DNA of 64,000 nucleotides from an uncultured Acidobacteriota bacterium (lineage in GTDB: Bacteria; Acidobacteriota; Thermoanaerobaculia; Thermoanaerobaculales; Sulfomarinibacteraceae): positions 111,219 through 175,218 of the forward strand of contig CAVQJV010000036.1 in assembly GCA_963712805.1 (NCBI GenBank), read 5' to 3'. Below, in pieces: positions 51,694 through 58,751 of this stretch. Every line of letters starts with the position of its first letter. The first letter of the stretch is position 1. Made by a program: the position numbers and the translations under genes. The notes beneath the pieces are model-generated. The model was not told where the DNA came from. It saw nothing but the letters and a program-made list of their open reading frames with translations, and did not search any database.

Positions 51694-52544
51694 TTCGTCA
51701 TGCCCTTGCCGAGGGTTGGCTCATTTTACGCAGTCGTGGCCCCATCTCACCGGTCCTCGCCTTGGCACTGGCGATCCCGATCAGCCTTGCCGGAGTGACG
51801 GTGAGCGTGCGCCAATGGCTCGAGCCGGTGATCGATCTCAGTGACCGCGAGAGTGTCGTTGCGGTCCTGCTGCACCCCCGGTTGGATGAGAGCCAACGAC
51901 GGCTTTGGATCGGCGATGAGGGTCGTTCTCATCCGGACTGGAAACTCGTTGAAGTCGAACCGGAGGAGCTGGCCAAAAGGCTCGCGTCCTGGTTTCCCTA
52001 CCTCGAAGAGGTCCTGAACCGTGAAGGGCCTCAGATGTTGCCCCATATGGTCGAGATCACGACCCGCAGCCCGCAGAGCGTGCTCGAACTCAAGGATACG
52101 ACCGCGGTGCTCGCCGTAGGCCCGACCTCATCGGTGAATCGGGTGGTCGGCCTGGTCGCGAGACGGCTCGCCCTCGTTCTTCTCCTCGTTGCCGGCGCCC
52201 TGGGTGCCGGAGCGGTTCTCCTCGCGGCGATATGGGTCCATCTCGAACTCCATCGGAACTCCGAGGAGATTGCCATCATGCGACTCATGGGCGCCACCGA
52301 AGCGACCGTCAGGGGGCCCTTTCTCGTGGCTGTGGCGGCCCCGGCACTGCTCGCTGCAGTGATCTCGGTGGCGCTGACGGTGGTCGCGGTCGGGTGGATG
52401 GCACAGATCGCGGTGCCTCTCGGTCTCGCGGCGAAGCACGCTTCCCTCGTGGTCCTGGCGAGCCAAGTTCTCGGTGCGGTCGGGTTGCCGATGATCGCCG
52501 CGTTCATCACCCTCGAACGTCACGCCTCGAGCGAGGAAGGCTGA
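51681..52544 (+). CDS. ftsX: Cell division permease FtsX-like
   Basis: Overlaps the ftsE end. N-terminal TM, periplasmic loop, three C-terminal TMs with an FtsX-type motif (IAIMRLMGAT). Confidence 0.8.
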   Translation: MAALIRHALAEGWLILRSRGPISPVLALALAIPISLAGVTVSVRQWLEPVIDLSDRESVVAVLLHPRLDESQRRLWIGDEGRSHPDWKLVEVEPEELAKRLASWFPYLEEVLNREGPQMLPHMVEITTRSPQSVLELKDTTAVLAVGPTSSVNRVVGLVARRLALVLLLVAGALGAGAVLLAAIWVHLELHRNSEEIAIMRLMGATEATVRGPFLVAVAAPALLAAVISVALTVVAVGWMAQIAVPLGLAAKHASLVVLASQVLGAVGLPMIAAFITLERHASSEEG

Positions 52545-52562
52545 CACTCCGGAGCACGAGAA

Positions 52563-52584
52563 AACGCGGCCTTTCGGCCGCGTT
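52563..52584. terminator. Hairpin between convergent ftsX and the TPR gene
   Basis: aacgcggcc-tttc-ggccgcgtt. 9-bp perfect stem. Loop is TTTC/GAAA, flanked by gaaa and gttcgtt. Confidence 0.6.
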
Positions 52585-52613
52585 GTTCGTTGCTGGTTGT
52601 GCGAGACGTGGGT

Positions 52614-53858
52614 CTATTTGCAGGTCTCGGAGTACTGTCTCTGGAGCACGGTGAGCTGCTCGCGCATCTGCCGTGCGCTCTCCATGTCGCCGAGTTTCTC
52701 GAACTCTTCCGCCTGCATCGCGAGGGCGTCGATCTTGGTCTTGAACTCCCGGCATTCTGCGGCGAACTTCTCATTCTCACCCTGGGCGGCGATCTTCTCA
52801 TCCATGGCGGCGGCCTGACGGCTGTTGCCGGCCTCGGAATAGGCCTGCTTGGCCTTCGCGTAGTCACGGTCCTTTTCGTACACATAGCCCATCTGGTTGT
52901 AGATCTTCTTGCGAAGATCGGCGTTGCCGCTGGCCTGGGTCAGAGCCTGCTGCAGTGAGGACAGTGCGCTCTTGTAGTTGCCGAGCGAGGTGTAGCACTG
53001 ACCGATATAGTAGTGCACCAGGGCGTTGCTCGACTTCTGGGCCTTGGCCTTTTCGAACCAGGCCAGTGCCTTCGAGTACTGCTGCGCGCCAAGCCAACTC
53101 TCACCGGCGAGCAGATTGTGTTCGAAGTTCGGTTCGGCTTTGGCAAGATTCTCCGCGATAGTTGCGGCGTCGTTGTAGTACTTGGACTTTTCCGTCGCCG
53201 ACCCGGTCCGTCGGGCGACGGAGGTGGCGGCGCGAACCGCATAGCGACCGCAGGTCTCGTTTTTGGGATCGAGCTCGTAGCCCCGCTTGAATGCCGCAAA
53301 AGCAGCCTTGTCGTTTCCGGCTTCATCCTGGGCGACACCGAGAGCCTGATAGAGGTCGGGATTGGATGAGTCCGCCTTGACCTGGGCGTCAAGGACGCTG
53401 ACCGCCTCGCTGCCGCGGTTGGTCTCGGTGGCAGCCTTGGCAAAGAGCAGGGCGTAATTCGACCGATAGCTCGCGGGAAGCTTGCTGAAGTTCACGGCTT
53501 TCAAGGTCGAATAGGCGTCGTTGTACTGCTTGGCCTGATTGAGGGTCTGTCCGAGGGTGATGGGGTACATCGGGTTCGGCGTTTCGTTGGCCGAGTCGAG
53601 CTCGACCGCCTTGCGAAAACTGCCCAACGCAGCCGAGACGTTGCCTTGGGCACGGCGGCTCAGCCCGAGCATGTAGTGGGTTGCCGGTTCATTGGGCTGA
53701 CTCTCGATGACCGCCTCGAACTCTTGCGCGGCCTTGGCGTAGTCCTTTGCCTTGAAAGCGGCGATCCCAGCGGCGTAATCCGCCGAGACCGGGGAACCCG
53801 TCCCGATCGCGATGATGATTGCAACGCCGATCGTCCAGCGGCCTATTGTCGATTTCAT
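52614..53858 (-). CDS. Secreted TPR-repeat protein, last gene of the Ton-like operon
   Basis: GGGAGG RBS. Signal-like N-terminus MKSTIGRWTIGVAIIIAIGTGSPVSA. Many TPR units (AxxYxxAxxxFxxAl pattern) and a C-terminal coiled coil ending in ..SETCK. Confidence 0.75.
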   Translation of the reverse strand: MKSTIGRWTIGVAIIIAIGTGSPVSADYAAGIAAFKAKDYAKAAQEFEAVIESQPNEPATHYMLGLSRRAQGNVSAALGSFRKAVELDSANETPNPMYPITLGQTLNQAKQYNDAYSTLKAVNFSKLPASYRSNYALLFAKAATETNRGSEAVSVLDAQVKADSSNPDLYQALGVAQDEAGNDKAAFAAFKRGYELDPKNETCGRYAVRAATSVARRTGSATEKSKYYNDAATIAENLAKAEPNFEHNLLAGESWLGAQQYSKALAWFEKAKAQKSSNALVHYYIGQCYTSLGNYKSALSSLQQALTQASGNADLRKKIYNQMGYVYEKDRDYAKAKQAYSEAGNSRQAAAMDEKIAAQGENEKFAAECREFKTKIDALAMQAEEFEKLGDMESARQMREQLTVLQRQYSETCK

Positions 53859-53883
53859 GAATTGGTGCCTCCCTGAGTTAACG

Positions 53884-54723
53884 TCAACGCGCCGGGACGC
53901 TTCCGGCGTCCCCGAGTAGTGGTCGGACTTGCTCGTCGAACATGGCGGCAACATCGGCGCCCTTGAGCAGGGAGATCGCGTCGCTGTGCTGTTCGACCAT
54001 CGTTCTGATCGCGTCAAAACCGGCGCCCTGCTCGATCAGGGTTCGGGCGCCGGCATACTGCTTGTCGATTGTGTTTTTTCCGCTGTCACCGACCACATTG
54101 AGGGCGACCGACATGATCCGGTTGGCGAGACCGATCAATGTGACCGGACTCGGACCCTGATGCGTCGATCCCGATGTCGAATCCTCGGTTTCGGACCGCA
54201 GGGCAACCAGCCCCGAGGTGATCATTCCAAAAAGGAGTTTGGAGACGTCGAAGGCCGACCAATGCAGCTGTTCGCCGATCTCCTCGATGGTGTGCTCGTC
54301 ATCGATGCGAGTCACGAGAATCCACTCATGTGGACTCAAGGTAACCTGATCGCTCTGGTCCCTTGATTTGAAGAAAGGAATGAGATCGAGGGAGGGTATC
54401 TTTCGCGACAACACGCGCCACTCGTCGAGCCGACGGGCGGCCTCCATCATCAAGTTGGCATTGGAAAGGTGGATCGTCACCGCCTCGGTCTCTTCACCGG
54501 GGTTGAAGGTGAACTCGCCCTCGGACCAGATCGCCATCTCGTAGACGGCGTTGTCGCCACGCAGGGTGTTGACCGCCGCATCGACGATCTGGCCGTCACG
54601 AAGATAGATCTTACCGACCTCGTCGTGACGGGTGACCGAAAACACACCGGTCTTTCCCGAGACGCTGACCATTTGAATCACGTCTGGTAGAGAGAGCTCG
54701 GAAAGAGACCCTTGCAATGCCAT
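53884..54723 (-). CDS. DUF4388 (PATAN-type) domain protein inside the Ton-like operon
   Basis: MALQGSLSELSLPDVIQMVSVSGKTGVFSV..GKIYLRDGQIVDA is a typical DUF4388 N-terminus. Lies 19 nt after tonB and 25 nt before the TPR gene. Confidence 0.7.
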   Translation of the reverse strand: MALQGSLSELSLPDVIQMVSVSGKTGVFSVTRHDEVGKIYLRDGQIVDAAVNTLRGDNAVYEMAIWSEGEFTFNPGEETEAVTIHLSNANLMMEAARRLDEWRVLSRKIPSLDLIPFFKSRDQSDQVTLSPHEWILVTRIDDEHTIEEIGEQLHWSAFDVSKLLFGMITSGLVALRSETEDSTSGSTHQGPSPVTLIGLANRIMSVALNVVGDSGKNTIDKQYAGARTLIEQGAGFDAIRTMVEQHSDAISLLKGADVAAMFDEQVRPLLGDAGSVPAR

Positions 54724-54742
54724 GGACTGTCCGTCCGCGATC

Positions 54743-55468
54743 CTACTGCAGGTTGAACCGTACAGTCAGAATGTACAGCACCTCCACCGGTTTCCCATTG
54801 AGGGTCGACGGCTTGAACTTCCACTTCCGAACGGCGTCGTCCGCCGCCTCGGTGAGACCGAGCGGCAATGGTCGAAGAACCTTCACATCCTGGACGTTGC
54901 CATCTTTGCCGATGGTGCACTCGAGGACCACGACACCCTGGATTCGGGCGCGGCGCGCAGCTTCGGGGTAGACCGGGTTCGGTCCGCTGAGCTTCTCGGG
55001 TTCGGTGATGTTGCCGCCGACGACGAAGCGTACCGGCCCCTCAGGCTCTGGTGGCGGTGGTGCGTCCGGGATTCCGAGAACCAAGTTGTCATCGGGGATG
55101 AAATCGATGTCCTCGTCGGGCTCGTCATCACGGATGGGCTCGGGCTCGTCGGGCGTCGGGTCCGGGATCGGAACCTTCTTGCTCTTGGGTTTCGGGATCT
55201 GCTGGAGCTCCTGCTTGGGAGGCTGCTTGAACTTGACTTGCTTGACCACGTAGATCTTGGTCTTTTTCTCGGTCGCGTCCTTGAGGCCGCCGGCGAAGGT
55301 CGGCCAGTGAAACGCGAAGATAAAGACGTGCAGGATGACGGCGACGGCGATCGCGACGCGGGTGAGCTTTTTGTCCTGCTGCTCTTCCTGCGCGATGATC
55401 TCGATGGTGGTCAGCTTCATCTTGGGGTCAGGCGCCTTGGATGCTGGTGTTTTGGGCGTCTCGGTCAT
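54743..55468 (-). CDS. tonB: TonB family protein
   Basis: N-terminal TM, Pro/Lys/Glu-rich spacer (PKPKSKKVPIPDPTPDEPEP) and TonB-C domain (PVYPEAARRARIQGVVVLECTI..DGNV). GAGGAGG RBS. Confidence 0.85.
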   Translation of the reverse strand: MTETPKTPASKAPDPKMKLTTIEIIAQEEQQDKKLTRVAIAVAVILHVFIFAFHWPTFAGGLKDATEKKTKIYVVKQVKFKQPPKQELQQIPKPKSKKVPIPDPTPDEPEPIRDDEPDEDIDFIPDDNLVLGIPDAPPPPEPEGPVRFVVGGNITEPEKLSGPNPVYPEAARRARIQGVVVLECTIGKDGNVQDVKVLRPLPLGLTEAADDAVRKWKFKPSTLNGKPVEVLYILTVRFNLQ

Positions 55469-55478
55469 GTCGTCCTCC

Positions 55479-55991
55479 TCACCCCATTCCCAGGAGGTTC
55501 CAGATGTTCTCGATTTCCCGCTGGGTCGGAATCGAGATGGTCTTGATTTCGGTCAGATCATTGCCGTGGACATCCTTGTACAGGGCTCTGCGTTCTTCGC
55601 TGCCTGCAATCGGTTCGGTCCACTCTTCGTTGGCTCGGCGGAGCAGATCGAAGATGCTGATCATGTCGCCGTAGGAAGCGTCCGGATCGGTCCGGAGAAT
55701 CACCGGCTTGTCGGGGTTCTGCAGCAGCTTCTCGAGCACGTACGGCAGCAACTGCTCCCTCGGCAGGGCCTTCTTGTCGACTTCGATGGACCCACCCGGT
55801 GTGACGTGAACTTCGATGGCGTCTTCCTGCTTGATCTCGGGGGTGTCGGTCTCCTCGGGGAGGGCGAAATCAAGGCCGCGGGTTGCCGAGAAGGCGGAGG
55901 TGATCATGAAGTAGATGATCAGCAGGAACGAGATATCGGCCATGGATCCGGTGAAGATCTCGGAGGCGATTTCTTTCTTTTTGATATTCAT
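55479..55991 (-). CDS. exbD: Biopolymer transport protein ExbD/TolR
   Basis: MADISFLLIIYFMITS TM containing the conserved Asp, then an ExbD periplasmic domain. Confidence 0.85.
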   Translation of the reverse strand: MNIKKKEIASEIFTGSMADISFLLIIYFMITSAFSATRGLDFALPEETDTPEIKQEDAIEVHVTPGGSIEVDKKALPREQLLPYVLEKLLQNPDKPVILRTDPDASYGDMISIFDLLRRANEEWTEPIAGSEERRALYKDVHGNDLTEIKTISIPTQREIENIWNLLGMG

Positions 55992-56005
55992 CGTCGTCCC
56001 CCGGC

Positions 56006-56449
56006 CTACAGTTCCGCTGCCGTCAGCTGCTCGGAAAGCAGGAAGATGTACTTCACCTTCGATTGCTTGAGCGCATCGAGCACTTCGTCCACCACCGCGT
56101 AAGGGGCGTCCTTATCGGCCTTGAGGATGAACTCCGCGTTGGGGTTCTTCGCCACCTCCGTTGATGCGAAGGTGATCACCTCTTCGATGGTGGCCACCGG
56201 GAGCGCCATTTCCTCGCCGGTGGAAACCCGGATCGTCGATCCCATGTTGGGTGGGGAGATGGAGATCACCGCCGCCTTTTCGGGGATCTTCTTGCGGATC
56301 CAGGTCTCGGGCAGGTTCATCTGCGTTTTGTCCACCTCGACCTTGTAGGTCAGGACAAAGAAAACGATCAAGAGGAAGACGATATCCGCCATGGAAGCGG
56401 TAAAGATCGCCGCCCCGGTTCCTCGGTCTCTGCCGCGAATCAGTGCCAT
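56006..56449 (-). CDS. exbD: Biopolymer transport protein ExbD/TolR (second copy)
   Basis: SMADIVFLLIVFFVLT TM with Asp. ExbD-like C-terminus (ILKADKDAPYAVVDEVLDAL). Confidence 0.85.
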   Translation of the reverse strand: MALIRGRDRGTGAAIFTASMADIVFLLIVFFVLTYKVEVDKTQMNLPETWIRKKIPEKAAVISISPPNMGSTIRVSTGEEMALPVATIEEVITFASTEVAKNPNAEFILKADKDAPYAVVDEVLDALKQSKVKYIFLLSEQLTAAEL

Positions 56450-56477
56450 CGCGGTCTCCCTTCCTCAGGTCGTGTTC

Positions 56478-57107
56478 TCACTCAGCGCTCCCGTCCATCT
56501 CGGTGAAGGTTTCGAGGAGCATGTTGGTTGCGGTTTCGATGTCGCGAACAAAGCGTGTGATCTTCGTCGTGTACCAGTTGTAGGCGAGCTGGGCCGGAAT
56601 CGCGATGATGAGACCGGCGGCGGTGGTGATGAGCGCCTCGGAGATCCCGACGGCAACCGCTGCCGGATTGGTCAGACCCTGCTCCGCGAGAGTGGCAAAC
56701 GATTTGATCATGCCGGCGACGGTTCCGAGGAAGCCGAGCATGGGAGCAACGTTGGCCGTGGTCGCAAGAACGCCCATTCGTTTTTCCAAACGATCGAGCT
56801 CATAAAGAGCGGCGTTCTCGATGGTCTTCTCGATGTCTTCACGACTGTGGCCGTAACGCAGCAGACCGGCCTTCATCACCGAAGCAACGGGTCCGCGATT
56901 ACTCTCACAGGCTTTGATGGCTTCTTTGACATTGCGGTTGACCAACAGCGCCTTACGGATCTTGGTCAGAAACTCATTGACGTTGATCCTCGCCTTGGTC
57001 AGCACGATGAATCGCTCGATGATGACGGTCAGTGCCAACAGCGAAAAGAAGAGCAACGGCCACATGAAGATCCCACCCTGGCGGAATAGATCTGCTACTT
57101 GTCCCAC
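56478..57107 (-). CDS. exbB: MotA/TolQ/ExbB proton channel protein
   Basis: GGIFMWPLLFFSLLALTVIIER, LATTANVAPMLGFLGTVAGMI, ALITTAAGLIIAIPA. Confidence 0.9.
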   Translation of the reverse strand: MGQVADLFRQGGIFMWPLLFFSLLALTVIIERFIVLTKARINVNEFLTKIRKALLVNRNVKEAIKACESNRGPVASVMKAGLLRYGHSREDIEKTIENAALYELDRLEKRMGVLATTANVAPMLGFLGTVAGMIKSFATLAEQGLTNPAAVAVGISEALITTAAGLIIAIPAQLAYNWYTTKITRFVRDIETATNMLLETFTEMDGSAE

Positions 57108-57325
57108 GTTCTTGCCTCCTCCTAGTTAGAGTTCGACGAGCGGGAAAAGTTCCAATCCCGACCGACGAGCTATTGTGAACGAGCATTTAAACCAACACAA
57201 GAGGCAAAGCCACTCGCGGCCACCACCATTTCGCGTTCTTCTCCAAATGATGAAGGCAGTGCATCCTAGCATGGGGTTTTCGCGACCGTCAACGACGAGC
57301 GCACCGAGTTTTACAGCGCTTACAT

Positions 57326-57811
57326 TTAACGTCGGGCAACCGCTGCCACGACACGGCTGTGAACATGGGTCAAAGCGACCCCGGCGGCGTCCGCGGCATC
57401 GCTCGGAGGAGTCTCGGTGAGGCCGAGAAGACGCGCCACCATGAACGCGACCTGCTGTTTCTCCGCGGTGCCGTGACCGACCATGGCGGATTTGACCTGG
57501 GCGGGGGTATATGGGTGGACCGGAATCTCGATTCGACCGAGAGCGGCGAGCAGCACGCCGCGACTCTCGGCGAGGATCAGACCCGACTTGGGGTTGCGGC
57601 CGCTGAATCCGGATTCCACTGCTGCGCAATCCGGATCGAGCTCGGTGATGAGCGCGGAGAATCGGCGATCGAGATCCGCCAACCGTGTCGCATGGTCGGA
57701 TCCCTTGGGTCGCACGATCCCGCAGCCCTCGAGAAGGGTCCGGTTGCCGGTCGCGACGATGAGCGCCCAACCGGTGGCCCGGGATCCAGGGTCAACGCCG
57801 AGAACTCTCAC
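57326..57811 (-). CDS. ruvC: Crossover junction endodeoxyribonuclease RuvC
   Basis: MRVLGVDPGSRATGWA with the catalytic acidic residues. 161 aa, downstream of yebC. Confidence 0.93.
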   Translation of the reverse strand: MRVLGVDPGSRATGWALIVATGNRTLLEGCGIVRPKGSDHATRLADLDRRFSALITELDPDCAAVESGFSGRNPKSGLILAESRGVLLAALGRIEIPVHPYTPAQVKSAMVGHGTAEKQQVAFMVARLLGLTETPPSDAADAAGVALTHVHSRVVAAVARR

Positions 57812-57844
57812 CGATCCTGCTTTCGGTGGAGGACGCTTCGGCGA

Positions 57845-58594
57845 TCAAGCGTCTTCCATGTCCTCGTCGTCGATGTCGAAATTGGACCACACGTTCTGCA
57901 CGTCGTCCTGGTCGTCAAAGGCCTCCATGAGCCGGATCATCTGCTGCGCGTTCTTACCGTCGAGCTTCTGGGTCGTGGAAGGCTCCATGTCGATTTCGGC
58001 CGATTCGACCTCGATGCCGGAGGCTTCGAGGCTCTCCTTGACCACGTGAAGCTCTTCCGGCGCCGTGGAGATCCTGAAGAACTCGCTGTCCTCGGTGTCG
58101 AGGTTTTCGGCGCCGGCTTCCAGGGCCTGCTCCAACAGGGTGATTTCATCAAGCTCGTCGGTGCGGGCGATGAGGAGGAGGCCCTTGCGGGTGAAGAGCC
58201 AGGACACGCAGCCGTTCTCACCGAGGTTTCCGCCGTTTTTGGCGAAAATGTGACGGACCTCCGGCGTGGTTCGGTTGCGGTTGTCGGTGAGGGTCTGCAG
58301 CAGGACCGCCGCCCCTCCAGGACCGTAGCCCTCGTATTGGACCTCCTCATAAATGACGCCGGGAATCTCCCCGGTGCCGCGATCGATGGCCCGGCTGATG
58401 TTGTCGGCCGGCATGTTGGCGGTCTTGGCGGCGGTGACTGCGGAGCGGAGTCGGGGGTTGGCATCGATGTCGCCGCCGGACTCGCGCGCCGAGACGGTGA
58501 TCTCTCGAATGAGTTTGGTGAAGAGCTTGCCGCGCTTGGCGTCGGCCCGCCCTTTTTTGTGTTTGATGGTGCTCCACTTGTTGTGGCCGGACAT
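57845..58594 (-). CDS. yebC: YebC/PmpR family DNA-binding transcriptional regulator
   Basis: MSGHNKWSTIKHKKG..DAKRGKLFTKL is canonical. Confidence 0.95.
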   Translation of the reverse strand: MSGHNKWSTIKHKKGRADAKRGKLFTKLIREITVSARESGGDIDANPRLRSAVTAAKTANMPADNISRAIDRGTGEIPGVIYEEVQYEGYGPGGAAVLLQTLTDNRNRTTPEVRHIFAKNGGNLGENGCVSWLFTRKGLLLIARTDELDEITLLEQALEAGAENLDTEDSEFFRISTAPEELHVVKESLEASGIEVESAEIDMEPSTTQKLDGKNAQQMIRLMEAFDDQDDVQNVWSNFDIDDEDMEDA

Positions 58595-58680
58595 TGATCC
58601 TCCTGTTTACGCCCCTGTTCCAAAGGGCCAAGCGCATGTATTATAACCGTCTTGCACCTCCAGTAGGAGTGCGGCCGCGG

Positions 58681-58708
58681 TTGACTTTGGGTACCGGTCG
58701 CAGATAAT
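58681..58708 (+). promoter_or_regulatory. Candidate sigma70-type promoter for the Ser/Thr kinase gene
   Basis: TTGACT (58681-58686), 16-nt spacer, GATAAT (58703-58708). Lies 44 nt upstream of the ATG at 58752. Confidence 0.35.
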
Positions 58709-58751
58709 GAGAACGGGCCCTTCGAACCGGGGAGCATTCAGGGACGATTCA

